Shown: positions 27,211-40,830 of the stretch, one piece after another
Layout: each line of letters starts with the position of its first letter
Position numbering within the stretch: the stretch's first letter is position 1
From: Camelus dromedarius
Lineage: Eukaryota
Assembly: GCF_036321535.1 (NCBI RefSeq)
Contig: NC_087437.1
Location: forward strand, 82,028,001 to 82,092,000
Direction: 5' to 3'
DNA length: 64,000 bases
The notes under the pieces: model-generated
The model's database searches: none
What the model saw: the letters and a program-made list of their open reading frames with translations, nothing else
What the model was told of the DNA's origin: nothing
Program-made: the position numbers and the translations under genes

Positions 27211-29859
27211 AAAGGCGGCTCTGCATGCTATGGCATGCTGTGTACCAGGAAAGGTGCTCTCAGGAATATAGGAACACATTTATCTGTGACAGTCCAAGGA
27301 AGGCATCACATGTGGGTGGCTTTCTGAGTGCTTCTCCCTAGAGAGGGACAAGGCTGATAGGGAAAGGCGCCATGGCTGTGGGGGGCCCAGGTGGGCCTTG
27401 AAGATCTTGAGATGCCCATCTGAAACTTTCAGTCTGCCAAGGACCTGAAGTCTCAATCTGTTGAAAGACAGGCTAAATTTTTGTTTTTTTGTTTGTTTGT
27501 TTTTTGGTGTAAAAGTAGTCAAAATGGAAAGTCTGGAAAAGAAAAATTGTCAAAATGTTGATCTGAGGAATCTTTTTCAAATAATTAAAAACCTCATTCA
27601 GAATGTGGAGGGGGAGAAGAACATAAAAAGAAAAGTTAACAGACACTTTAGCAGTATATTCGTAGTAATTTTTTAAAAAAAATTCCTTCTTGATAGCTAT
27701 AATATAGTCAAAGCAAGGCAAAAAATCAATTTCAATAAATGACAAAAAGAAAAATCCATCCAAATAAATACTTTTTGCTATGAAAAATTAAAATGGGAGA
27801 CAAAGAAGCACAAGCTTAGTGATAGTCAGTGAACATCCATCATCCATTAGTTCTTTCTAGAAAGTTCCTTAACTGATAATACAGCACTGAAAAAGTGACA
27901 ACATATAATCCAGGCTCTAAGTAACTATCCAGGTATGGATTTACACATGCTGTCCTTATTATCACTCCCTTGTTCGTTCCATTTCCTCTCCTAGGCCTAG
28001 ATTGAGCACCTTTTTAAGTCTCCACCTGGCCCTTTGATCGACATGTGGAGAGTCTCCTAGCCCAGATTCCATCATCTCAGAATGAAAATATTCTCCTTGT
28101 AGCCTTATTCCCCAAACTCTGTGCCTGTGAGCTCTCAGACTGGCATTTTTTTGGTTCTGAAACTTCATCTTTCAGTAGTTTTTCTTTCTAGGACACTCTT
28201 TGTTTCATTTTACTTGCTTTTTTCCTGCTTTTAAAAAAAGAGATTGGCCCGAATCTTAGCCCCTCTGCTCAATTTGAGGATTTCAGTTAGCTCCTGTCAG
28301 GATCATGTTTCTCTGCTAAAAGCTCACAACCTCCTTATAATTAGTAGGTCATTTGACTATCTGCATCTTATTAATTCACTTCCTCTCACCCCTGGGAAGC
28401 CAAACAAGACTGTTCAGATGATGAAGAATCCTGACTCACTGTGCCCCATTTCTACCAGATATTCCTCTGACACCAGCTAAGGCCTCCTCTATCACTTCAT
28501 GTCCTAATTCTTGTTTCACAGTGAAGGAAAATAGTAACCCAGTTTGCTGGATCTGGACCCTTTTACGGTGTCTCTAAATGATCTCCGTGATGATGACAGG
28601 ATCTTCAGTAACATGGACACAAAGCAGACACAGATATATATGCATACTTGGCTCACAGAGGCCAAAAAAGTGTTACTGTTCTTCTAAATCTTGCTGACCA
28701 AGTCAAATGAATCAAGCATTACGTTATGACTATGGTATGCTGTAGCTTTAGTTTTTTAAAAACCTTTGACTTGTGAGAGAAATAAAAGGAAGCAGCATAC
28801 ATAGAATAAAAAAGACTAGTCATAGCTATTTTTATGAGTGCTCCTAAAAATTAGACTAAACAGTGAAAAGTCCCATTGAAAAAGCAGAGAGTAGAGCAAG
28901 GAAACATAAATTATAGACCCGATTATCTCAACCTAAGGAAGCTTTCCAACAAATTCCACGTAATTACTCTGCAAACTGCTTAGAATTCTGTGGTTATTTA
29001 ACCATGAACATAGCTACTACCAATGCAATGCAACAACTAAAATTACATATTAGATAATAATTGCTAAAAGATAAGGTCAGATATAATCATAATCAGACTA
29101 GCAAAGTGTAGCCATGAGAGCAGGTAAAAAAAAAATGACTAAAGCAGTGTATGTAGTTTTCTGCTTATCAATTAACATGTTAAATCAAGAAGAAAAAGTA
29201 ATAAATTAAACTAGCACTGGAAGAATGAAAGCAAGTATAGGCATTGAAGCCCATCTAGGAGAAGAATGAGAGATACAATGTATTTTCTATCTTAAAAAAA
29301 GACCCAACAGGATTCGGTATCATCGCACTATTTGGTTGTTGATGGGAAACTATTATAAGTTATGACCAGAGTAATCTATGCAAGTATACAGGTAGGTTTG
29401 ACAGAAAAAAGTAAACTGACAAATAACAAGTACAGTACTTTGCACATAGCAACTGCTCACTATAATTGCCTCAGAAAGGTCTGATATGAATTAAATGCCA
29501 GGTGACCTGCAGAGTACTGTGGATGAACCCACTTGAAAACCAAGTAACTCAGTGGTTCCCATGCCCTTATTTCAAATTGTGGTTTCAAACAAAACACAAT
29601 GTCTCATGGAGACAGTTTTGTCATTCAGAAATTTTCTAGGAACTGGGAAAGAAGTATCTGAAGGTGGGGAATCTTCCATCTATCTATGGTGGGAAGCAAA
29701 CAACTAGTTTCATTAATGATGTAAACACTGAAGCAGTGACAAGGCCAGCAAATCTATGGACTTCATCAGTATGAAGTGAAGGGCTCACTCAGTAACAGCA
29801 TAAAGAAGGTGACAGCCTAAACCAGAGACTTTTCCAGAGAAAGACACATTTACCATTTA

Positions 29860-30280
29860 TGCTTCAAGTGTCTGGTCCTCAAGAATAGTGATTCCAGAGA
29901 TCTGTGAGGATAAAGCTATTTTCATACTAACACTATCACACTATCTTTTTCACTCTCATTCTCTCACAAGTGTACAAGTATTCCTGAGGCTACATGACGT
30001 GTGGTGAGGTCATTGCTCTGACAGCTAACGGAATGTGTGAAACAGATTTGAGAATACAGCTGTCTTCAATTAAGCCAGGCATTGGGGTTTGCAGAAATAC
30101 AAAACAACTCTTCTCACAAAGTTCTTTGGTTTGAAAAAGTTATTTTCCATAAAAACATGTTTATGTTAACATATAGTGGATTTATTATTTTTAATGAATA
30201 AATACATGAATATTTTAAAACAGTCAGTAATTCTTAAGAGTGTAAAGGAGTCATGAGACCAAAAAGTTTGAGAACTACTG
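29860..30280. mobile_element. hAT-Charlie non-autonomous element
   Basis: Ends taaaggagtcatgagaccaaaaagtttgagaactactg (Charlie-type TIR); internal gaggctacatgacgtgtg. Confidence 0.7.
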
Positions 30281-31914
30281 CTCTGGAGACTTCACTGAGT
30301 TGCACTGAAATTATCTGCTCATTCTTTCCAAACAGCCTACAAACTCCAGAGAACAGGAACCCTCCACTGTTTCATCTCAGTACAGCCTCAGTACTAACTA
30401 GAGTCCTTCGTTGTTTGTAAATCAAATGAGCATAAGTGTTGCCATATTCATAACATCAAAAACTTTAAATTCAAGATCTGCCCAGTAAATACAGTGAAGT
30501 ATTTGCTTCCTTAAGATGATAGATGAAAAGCTGACTCTGAAGTTGTTCACTGTTTGTAGGTTAATCTCTACAGCTAACAGAAACAACATAGTGCCATTAA
30601 TGGCTTGAGGAACTGGTTTCATTGCTTGATAAGATGTGTTAAGGTGGTCAGATCATAGATGACTATTTCCTTTTTAGTTTTATTTGTTGTTGATGTAATG
30701 TTGCTTGTATAATAAACAAACATATTTGCCCAGTAGACCTCTGACTCTAAAGAAAAAAAATTAAAATGACCACTCCTTTGTTTACAGAGAGGAAATATCC
30801 AAAGGAGAGATAGGGGCTAGGATGTGGACATTTACTACCCATCTCTCTTCTCCTCAAACAAGCACACACATACAGTTCTAATGCAGGGATCTGAAGAAGG
30901 AAGAGGAGATATTCCAGCAGTCTCGATTCTTTCTAGAGGCCAGTGTATTTGGAGAACACCAATGGGAAAACCATTTACACCTCATTTTCTTAAATACGTA
31001 AGACCATGAACATGGTAAACACAAGAGTATCTTTTAAAAATGAATAAAATTACTTAGGACAGTGCTATAGTATTTTCCACAAGAAATGTTGATTCATTCA
31101 TTTAAAAAAAAAACATTCATTTGGTACCTTCTACATGTTAAGGGCTTTGAGGCAGACACTGTAGAAGACACAAATGTATCAGACATGTGTCCTATTCTTA
31201 AGAAGCTCTTATTTTAGGAGTGTTGACTGTAATGTACATAAATAAGACAAAAATCAAAAGTGTGAATTATAAATCATTATGAGTATGACTGGCATTATAA
31301 CATTCAGACAAACCATCTGTCTCATGTGTGTGTTATATGATGCATATTACTAACACTCAGTGTCTCACACACAGGAGATTAAATATAGTGACACATGTGT
31401 GCTGACGTGTGTGTGTGTGTAAATAAAAACTGAAAAGACACTCTGAATATATAATTTGTAATGAAGAACCAGCATTATGGTTAGTACCAAAGAACATTCA
31501 AGATGACAGATGTGATATTTTTGAAAAAACAAGGAGCTGGCACTGCACATAATAATAGTGATAAACCACAGTAAGTTGTAACAGTTCTGAGCCATAATAG
31601 AAACTCTAAAGAAGAGCTGTCATAAGACATTGCTGTAAGCCAGAATGGATTTAACTACCTCACATTTGTGTCCATAAAACCAGCTTCTACAATCTGTTTT
31701 TATTGGACATGAGTCAGTGAATGTTCCTATAATCCTGTGGTGTCATTACTTGAACATGAATATGAGTACTCCAAGATAGCATTCTTCAAACTGGAGTATA
31801 TATACCCCTGAGGGTACACAAAGAATTTCCAGAGGTACAAGCATAGAGAGCTTTAAGGGAATCAGTGTCTACATCTGTAATTCACACACATACTTTCCAA
31901 AACAGGTTTGCTAG

Positions 31915-33017
31915 AAAAAAATGCTTGGAGGATGTGGAGAAAAGGGAACTCTTGTACACTGCTGATGGGAATGTAAACTGGTACGGTCACAATGGAAAAC
32001 AGTATGGAGATTCCTCAAGAAACTAAAAATAGAACTACTATGTTATCCTTTTGTATGTATCAAAAGGAAATCACTATCTCAAAGATATAGATGAACTCCC
32101 ATGTTCAGCAGCATTGTTCACGATAGCCTAGGAAACAACCTAAGTATCTGACAACAGATGAATGAATAAAAAAATGTAGTGTACATGTGTATATATATAC
32201 AAATATGTTTCACATATATAAATATGTAACTAATTTGCATATGTAAATATATAATGTATATAAATTATATTTTATACATTTATACAGTATATATATAAAT
32301 GTATGTTTCTGTATAATATGTTGTATATAATATATGCCATACATTATGTATTATATAATGTTACATGTTATAATATATGTTGTAATACACTATATAATAT
32401 AAACACATATATAAATGTGACATTTATGTATAATGTATTATATATTTACATATTTATTACAAATTGTATACATAATATTATGTTATATAAAATACATTAT
32501 ATCTAAAACACATATATACATTCATATGCTTACATAAATATGGTGGAATATTATTCAGCCTTTAAAAAAAGGAAATTCTGCCATTTGCAACAACATAGAT
32601 GAATATAGAGGGCATTATGCTAAGTAAAATAAGCCAGACAGAGAAAGACAAGTACTGCATGGTATTACTTATATGTAGAACCTGAAAAAAAAGTTGAACC
32701 CAGAAAGAGAGTAGAATGGTGACTGCTAGGGCCTAGGGGGATGAGGGAAATAGGGAGAGGCTGGTCAATAAGGTCTGAGGTTATAACGTGTAACATGGTA
32801 ACTATAGTTGATAATGCTGTATTTTATAATTGAAATCTGCTAAGAGAGTAAAACCTAAGTGTTCTCACAGATACAAAAAAGGTGAATGTGTGAGGTGATA
32901 GAACTGTTAACTTGGTGGGAATCCTTTCATAATTTATATGTATATCAAATCATCACATTGTATATACTTTAAATACCTTATAATTTTTCAATTATACCTC
33001 AATAAGCTAAAAAAAGC
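31915..33017 (+). mobile_element. 5'-truncated L1 (ORF2 end and 3' UTR, L1MA-like) with an internal AT-rich expansion
   Basis: gaggatgtggagaaaagggaactcttgtacactgctgatgggaatgtaaactgg..., ggaatattattcagcctttaaaaaaagg..., ending caattatacctcaataagctaaaaaaa. Confidence 0.92.
32185..32540. repeat. Degenerate (TA/TATG)n low-complexity tract
   Basis: ~350 bp of near-pure alternating TA/TG/CA inside the L1. Confidence 0.9.
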
Positions 33018-33774
33018 TAGCATTTGCTAAAAGTGCTGTGAGTACTCTTTTACGTACATAATAGAAAATTATTTTAGGAGATATAAAAGCAAACATTTGA
33101 AACCCACTGCTCTATGAGATATAAACTAAAAAGAATGCAAGCACAATGATAAATGAGAATTTTTCTTTAGGTTGATAGTTTCTCTAATACAGAGAGTGTT
33201 ACCTGAGAAACACTTCAGATGTGGACCAGGCCCATGAAATAGTTCATGTTGTTTGTTGGGGAGGCAGTGTAGTATGAGGAAAGAACATAGGCTTTGCCCC
33301 TTCCTAACCTTTCTAAGCCTCAGTGTTGATGGCTGTAAATAATCATCCCAAACCCTATAAGCTTACTATGAGAATTAGAACCAATAGCTGTACAGATTTA
33401 GCTCAGTGCTTGGCAGCACATCACTGGCACAAAAGAATGATAGTTATTATATAGTCATATATATTTTAGGCTTTGGACTGGAACTAAAGCTATTCACTGC
33501 CTTTTTTAGATGAAAATTTAGCTACTGACCAAACACCTGTGACACGCATTTTGAGTCATTTCTTTCCAGTAACGTTGGCAGATATTAGCTAAGTTAGTCA
33601 TGCTCTCCTACCTGATGTTCTCTGTGAGAAAAATGGATGGCTCTGCAAGTCAGAAATACAGGGCAAGCCCACAGTTTGGGGTATTACCAATAATGAACAA
33701 TTGGTCAAGTTAATATTCAGCCAAATATCATTTCCAGAAAACATCTGACACATTAATAGAAAAGGCTTAGTCAG

Positions 33775-33900
33775 TGCTGGCATCACCTGGGAGCTTGTTA
33801 TAATACAAATTTTGAGGCCCATCCCTACCTACAGAATTGGAATCTGCAGTTTAACAAGATCACAGGTGATTCCATGAACCTTATATTGTGAGAAACACCA
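33775..33900. mobile_element. MER5A-like hAT MITE (similar copies near 43980, 50530, 53775 and 54015)
   Basis: gcatcacctgggagcttgtta...aatctgcagtttaacaagatcacaggtgattc...tgagaaacacc. Confidence 0.75.
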
Positions 33901-34090
33901 GTAAAGAACAGGCCATGAGCAGGGACAATACAATCACCGGGTGTATATGTTACCCAAGTGGGAACTTTCTGTTACACCGGCTTATTAATTAAAGCTGAGT
34001 AAGGCAGGACCAGGGAGAGTCTTAACTTCTAATGACAGACTGACATATACACATTCTATACACACACACAACATACACACACAAATAGAT

Positions 34091-34305
34091 CACTGATTCT
34101 GAACTGGGGGCAGTTGTGTCCCCAAAAGACATTGGACAATGTCTAGAGACATTTTTGATTGTCACAACTGGGGAGATGCTACTGGCATCTAGTGAGTAGA
34201 GACCAAGGATGTTGCTAAATACCTTACAAGGCACAGGATGGGCCCCCCACCATAAAGCATCAGTTGGCCCAAAATGTCAACAGTGCTGAGGCTGAAGGTA
34301 CCCTA
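34091..34305 (+). mobile_element. MER20 (hAT-Charlie)
   Basis: caatgtctagagacatttttgattgtcacaactggggagatgctactggcatctagtgagtagagaccaaggatgttgctaaa. Confidence 0.88.
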
Positions 34306-34525
34306 GCATAGATTATTCAAACCTCCCTGCACAAAGGCATATTAATTGGAATTACTCACAGGAAGAGGAGCAATAATTTATTAATGTGCAAATAAAAATA
34401 ACGGAGACAGAAAATTGTTATTGTTTAGTTTAAAACCCAATCCTGCTGATGAAGAATGTTGCCTTAGAACCCTCAACTCCACATCCTCCTTACCAAAAAG
34501 ATACCAAGTCTATGCCTTCATTGTA

Positions 34526-34868
34526 CATGTCCACAATCCCATGTCTGCAATTTCAAAAATCTAAAAACTACACAAAGTTTTTGATAAACTGTGACAGCAA
34601 AACTTCTCCTCATCTCAACTTATTTGGCAGCAAAACCTGAATAGATGTGAGGCTATTTATATTTTAATTATCCCACTTAGTTTAACTATTCATATGGTTC
34701 GCCACAGAAGTATTCAGAAGTTTGTTTAAGAGATGGTGCCACAGGCCTTGATGGAGCTATTATAGAATATATGGTGGGTGCCTCCTTACTGCCTTTCTAA
34801 AATTTGAAAACTCTAGAAATTTGGAACCATTTGGCTTGAAAGGTTCTAGGTAAGTGATTGTGGACCTC
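34526..34868. mobile_element. Tigger-family MITE (MER46C-like)
   Basis: Inverted termini catgtccacaatccc / gtgattgtggacctc, preceded by TA. Confidence 0.7.
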
Positions 34869-37244
34869 GAATGACTAAAATAAAGTCAACACTCAGCAAA
34901 TATTCGCTGAAAGCATTCAGATATATATTTGAAAGAAAAAAATACAACTAGTCAGAAATATAACAGATATATGTGTATATACACATGCACACACACCACA
35001 CACACACTCATATATACACCAATTAGCAGAGTGACAATTAGCTTCTTCGTTTAGTGTACTGTGCAAAAGAGGCCAGGCTTGAAGCTTCAAATCTTATAAG
35101 AGCAGTTAACTTTACAAAAAAATGCCTTTCTTCAAGACCATAAACTAACCTTAAACTTCATCCTTCAAATGCTTCTGGAGATAAAGCAAGAAATAGTGAA
35201 TGACTCAGCAGCACAACCAGTCTCTCTGTCTCTCTCTCTTTTTTCTCTCTCTCTCATACACAACCCTGCAATGTGTAATTGCATTACAGGCACCCAGCTG
35301 GCTCTGGAAAGGTTCCATCAAGACCTCCCTATCCTGGATTCACACTGGTTGATGGTTGGGGGTATAACTCTTCCTGCATATAAACTCCTGTTTTCTCCCT
35401 GAAAGGCTTTACCTGACTAGCCTGTTGACTGTTCTAAGGTGTGTTCACGGGACTGATCCAGGGAAATTGTAGGTTAGGAAACAAGTAGTAAGGAAATGCT
35501 GAGAGCAAATATATTCAAATTATCAGTTTTATGTATCTAATTTTGTAAGATGGCGCTTGGAAACAGATGGGGATACCAGCTGATTTCCAGAAACATTAGA
35601 AAGATACATGAACTTGCACCATGCTGAAAAAGATGCATCCGTGCTTGCTGCTGAAAACACTGAGTACAACGGAAACTTTTTAAGTCCTTTTTGCCAGTTA
35701 TAGCACTGCTAAGATTCACTGATGACCATACAATTTAAATGTTCATTATACTCCAATCTTCTCTCTCTTGTATCCTAAGAAAATATACCTTTTCCTCATG
35801 AAATAGCAGGTGGTATTACTTAATAAGTTGAAATCCTGAAAAGGTTCTGTGAAACTGTTCTCTAACAAAATTCTAAGCACTGTGATGTAAAGAAGGGAAA
35901 ATATTTTGCTGCAGTTTTGTTAAATACCATTCTAATACTAAGGTGGGAGGAAGAAGCACTTTGCCAAAGTTTCTGTAACTATTTCACCACAAAAGCAGTT
36001 TACCTACGGACTCTACCACTAGGTTGTTAAGTCCTACTACCCATTCAGGAGGGAGACGTTATGGCTCTCTCAGGCTCCCAGGTGTCTCAAACAGGGAGTA
36101 GGGCAGGGCCAGAAGCCATGTGCAAGCCTCTTGCCCAGACTGCTGATGAGATCATCATCAACCCCACCCCAGCATCCAGATCAGCTTCTTCAGAATTTCA
36201 CAGACTGTAGCCCTTGGGCCAGACTGTCAGGTTCTCAAAACAGGAAAAACTAAAAGTGGATCCTCCCCATAAAAAAGTTTGAAAATTCTTACATTATACA
36301 AATTATTTTAAATATGTTCCTCTTATTATGTAGTGCAATTATAGAAAAGCAGATTAGGAACTCAGAAAAGACTATTTCAAAGAAGACTGCCCCAAATTAG
36401 TTTCCTTTTAAAATGTCTCCTCAAATCCTTAAACAACTTTAAAAAGAAAGTTCTGTGGCAAGGATTAAAGACATGCATTGGATAATTAAACTCATTCCTA
36501 GTAGAAAAGACATACTAACATATTATGAACTCTTTATGCCTGATCAGAAAACAAATATTTATAACTTTCCATCCATGACAAGTGCTTTAGTTCAGTTCTT
36601 CAGGGATTCCATTCTATTTTAGTTTCTGTATAACAATACTGCAAAGTTGTAATTACATCCTCTATAATCTGCCCATTCCCAATATAATTAAGAGTGCTAC
36701 AAATTTAAAACTATGACCTCAATACTGAGGGAAAAAGTGTACAGAAGAGATAGCTTATATTGCATGTAACACGTCCTCTCATTATGTTGACAAATTTAAA
36801 ATGTAAAGAAAAAAATATTATAATAGAGTCATCATTTAAGAGAGGAATCACTGTGTTCCTGATAAGAGTTTTTCATCTGCCATTTCTAACATATGCCTCT
36901 CATCAAGCTCTTTCCTATCAAACCTCATGCTCTTCCCACATGTTATGAAAACTCTAAACCCCTTCAGGTGCCTGTCAGCTCCTCTCATCCAACTACCATC
37001 CATTGTAGGGATAAAGATATACGTGAATTGATTCCTGACACACTGTCATGCTGGTATGAACCAAGTTTTAACTGGCAAAGGGGTATCCACCAGTAAAGTG
37101 CATAACTTCTAAGCAATGTGAATAAATTTTATCTTAACTAAGAATCAGGAAGTTAAGCACCAAACATTAATGTACCGCATATTATAATGGTTCAAGCAAA
37201 CCCTTTGATAAATATAATAACCACATGAATAAGAAAAAGGAACA

Positions 37245-37470
37245 CTTATCAAATACTTATTATGTGCCAGCACTGTGAGAATCTTAAACAAATTATCTCA
37301 TTTAACTTTCACAAATGGTCCCTGAGATAATACAATTGTTGCCTCCGTTTCACACAGGAAACTGAATCCTAGAGATGTTAAATAACTGCCCAGGTTAATT
37401 AGCTGGTAAGAGTAGGGCCAGTCTTGAAGCCAGGTCCAACTGAATCTCAAGCTTGTGGCTGTATTTACAG
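37245..37470 (-). mobile_element. MIR SINE just upstream of the giant exon
   Basis: acttattatgtgccagcactgt...tatctcatttaac...ggaaactgaatcctagagatgttaaataactgccc. Confidence 0.8.
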
Positions 37471-37631
37471 CCTTCAGGCTAGAATGTCTACTGATTATAT
37501 GTTATACAAGAATTTTAAACCAAATATTCTTGCCTTTACTCCTTCTAAATTACATAAATGTTTAGTCACAGCTGATAAGTTAGTTACTAAAACAACAATC
37601 ACAAAACAGATTGCACTCTTATATTTTTCAG

Positions 37632-40428
37632 ATTAAAAAGGTTGATTGACCAAGAAACTGAGTCCCAGGAGAAGAAGGAGCAAGAAAAAGAGAAGAGGGT
37701 CACCGCCCTGAAAGAGGAGCTGACCAAACTGAAGTCTTTTGCTTTGATGGTGGTGGACGAACAACAAAGGCTGACGTCACAGCTTACCCTTCAAAGACAG
37801 AAAATCCAAGACCTAACCACAAGTGCAAAGGAAACACATGCTAAACTAGCCCTTGCTGAAGCCAGAGTTCAGGAGGAAGAGCAGAAGGCAAACAGACTAG
37901 AGGAAGAACTGCAAACACAGACCACAGAGTTTCACCAGAACCAAGAAGCAATTATGGCGAAGCTCACAAACGAGGACAGTCAAAACCGCCAGCTTCGACA
38001 AAAGCTGGCAGCACTTAGCCGGCAAATTGATGAGTTAGAAGAGACAAACAGGTCTTTACGAAAAGCAGAAGAGGAACTGCAAGATATAAAAGAAAAAATC
38101 AACAAGGGAGAATATGGAAACTCCAGTATCATGGTTGAAGTGGAGGAGCTCAGAAAACGTGTGCTAGAAATGGAAGGGAAAGATGAAGAGCTCATAAAAA
38201 TGGAGGAGCAGTGCAGAGATCTCAATAAGAGGCTGGAAAAGGAAACATCACAGAGTAAAGACTTTAAACTTGAGGTTGAAAAACTCAGTAAAAGGATTAT
38301 GGCCCTGGAAAAATTAGAAGATGCTTTCAATAAAAGCAAACAAGAATGTCACTCTCTGAAATGCAGTTTAGAAAAAGAAAGGATGACCACAAAGCAATTG
38401 TCTCAAGAACTAGAGAGTTTAAAGATAAGGATCAAAGAGCTAGAAACCATTGAAAGTCGGCTGGAAAAGACAGAATTCACCCTAAAAGAGGACTTAACTA
38501 AACTGAAAACATTAACTGTGATGCTGGTAGATGAACGGAAAACAATGAGTGAAAAATTAAAGCAAACTGAAGATAAGTTACAAGCTGCTGCTTCTCAGCT
38601 TCAAATGGAACAAAATAAAGTGACAACAGTTACTGAAAAGTTAATTGAGGAAACTAAAAGGGCACTTAAGTCCAAAACTGATGTGGAAGAAAAAATGTAC
38701 AATGTAACCAAAGAGAGAGATGACCTAAAAAACAAACTGAAAGCAGAAGAAGAGAAAGGAAATGATCTCCTGTCCAAAGTTAACATGTTGAAAAATAGGC
38801 TTCAATCATTGGAAGCAACTGAGAAAGATTTCCTTAAAAACAAACTAAATCAGGATTCTGGTAAGTCCACAACAGCATTACACCAAGAGAACAATAAAAT
38901 TAAAGAGCTCTCTCAAGAAGTGGAAAGACTGAAACTGAAGTTAAAGGATATGAAAGCCATTGAGGATGACCTCATGAAAACGGAAGATGAGTATGAGACT
39001 CTAGAACGAAGGTATGCTAATGAACGAGACAAAGCTCAATTTTTATCTGAAGAGCTGGAACATGTTAAAATGGAACTTGCCAAGTACAAGTTAGCAGAAA
39101 AGACAGAGTCTAGCCATGAACAGTGGCTTTTCAAAAGGCTTCAAGAAGAAGAAGCTAAATCAGGGCACCTCTCAAGAGAAGTAGACGCACTGAAAGAGAA
39201 AATTCATGAATACATGGCAACTGAGGACCTGATATGCCACCTCCAGGGAGATCATTCAGTTCTGCAAAAGAAACTCAATCAACAAGAGAACAGGAACAGA
39301 GATTTAGGAAGAGAGATTGAAAACCTCACTAAAGAGTTAGAGAGGTACCGTCATTTCAGTAAGAGCCTCCGGCCTAGTCTCAATGGAAGAAGAATCTCTG
39401 ATCCTCAAGTATTTTCTAAAGAAGTTCAGACAGAAGCCGTAGACAATGAGCCACCAGATTACAAGAGTCTCATTCCTCTGGAACGAGCAGTCATCAATGG
39501 TCAGTTATATGAGGAGAGTGCAGACCAGGATGAGGACCCTAATGATGAGGAGTCTGTGCTTTCCTTCAGATGCAACTCGTCTACTCCCTGTCCTGTGAAC
39601 AGGAAGCTATGGATTCCCTGGATGAAGTCCAAGGAAGGCCATCCTCAGAATGGAAAAATACAAACTAAGTCCAATGGCAACTTCGTGCAACCAGGAGATC
39701 TAGTCCTAAGCCACACTCCTGGGCAGCCACTTCATATAAAGGTTACTCCAGACCATGCCCAAAACACAGCCACTCTTGAAATCACAAGTCCGACCACAGA
39801 GAGTCCTCACTCTTACACAAGCACTGCAGTGATACCAAACTGTGGCACCCCAAAGCAAAGGATAACCATCCTCCAAAATGCCTCCATTACACCAGTGAAA
39901 TCCAAAACCTCTGGTGAAGGCCTTATGAATTTAGAGCAAGGCATATCCCCAATTACCATGGCAACCTTTGCCAGGGCGCAGACCCCAGAGTCTTGTGGTT
40001 CCATAACTCCAGAAAGGACAATGTCACCTATTCAGGTTTTGGCTGTTACTGGCTCAGCTAGCACCCCTGAGCAGGGACGCTCTCCAGAGCCGATAGAAAT
40101 CAGTGCCAAGCACGCGATTTTCAGAGTCTCCCCTGACCGGCAGTCATCATGGCAGTTTCAGCGTTCAAACAGTAACAGTTCAAGTGTGATAACTACTGAG
40201 GATAATAAAATCCACATTCACTTAGGAAGTCCTTACATGCAAGCTGTAGCCAGCCCCGTGAGACCTACCAGCCCTTCAACACCACCGCAGGATAACCGAA
40301 CTCAAGGCTTAACTAATGGGGCACTAAACAAAACAACCAATAAAGTCACCAGCAGTATTACTATCACACCAACAGCCACACCTCTTCCTCGACAATCACA
40401 AATTACAGTAAGTAATATATATAACTGA
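37632..40428 (+). CDS. FILIP1L: FILIP1L giant coding exon (coiled-coil body plus S/T/P-rich tail), including the read-through VSNIYN* ending
   Basis: 928-codon ORF whose translation matches recalled FILIP1L peptides ([60 protein letters not shown]). Acceptor ctcttatatttttcAG at 37630-37631 (phase 2); donor ACA|GTAAGT at 40407/40408; stop TGA at 40426-40428. The first ATG is at 37747 (MVVDE...), giving 893 aa to the stop. Confidence 0.97.
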
Positions 40429-40599
40429 CGACCCTCACCCTTATCCAGTCTATACTGATAGTATTGCAAGGAACTCAGTCCTTTTTAATTATCCCTCCAC
40501 ATCCCCCAAAAGACTGACTGAACTTGTACTTTGGGAAGATTTGTGCATGAACTATCCAAGAATATCTGAAACTAACTGTTGCCTGCATAGTCATATCAA

Positions 40600-40830
40600 G
40601 TGTGCACTTACTGTATATCTTTTCATTTACATACCTGTATGGAAAATATTTAGTCTGCACTTGTATAAATACATTTTTATGTATTTCATTTTCCATAACT
40701 CACATTAATTTGACTGCAACTTGTCTTGGTGAAATACTTTAACATTATAAAGCAGTAAATAATTTGTTATTTTTACCATTGCTTGCTGAATTTTCTTTTG
40801 GCCATTTTGTGTTTTTTTTTTTTTTTGCAT
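40600..40830 (+). terminator. FILIP1L: Probable intronic poly(A) site for the VSNIYN isoform
   Basis: Several upstream TGTA elements; variant hexamers TATAAA (40746) and AGTAAA (40754); downstream T/GT-rich tract at ~40790-40826. Canonical AATAAA occurs further on at 40956 and 40960. Confidence 0.55.

Noticed and set aside
37642..37644. ORF-track start of the 928-aa protein
   Set aside because: The codon is TTG (Leu) 10 nt inside a spliced exon; initiation is upstream or at ATG 37747.
37980..40004. Antisense ORFs over the giant exon (119, 61 and 63 aa)
   Set aside because: Ser/Phe/Leu-rich shadows of the Glu/Lys-rich codons on the sense strand.
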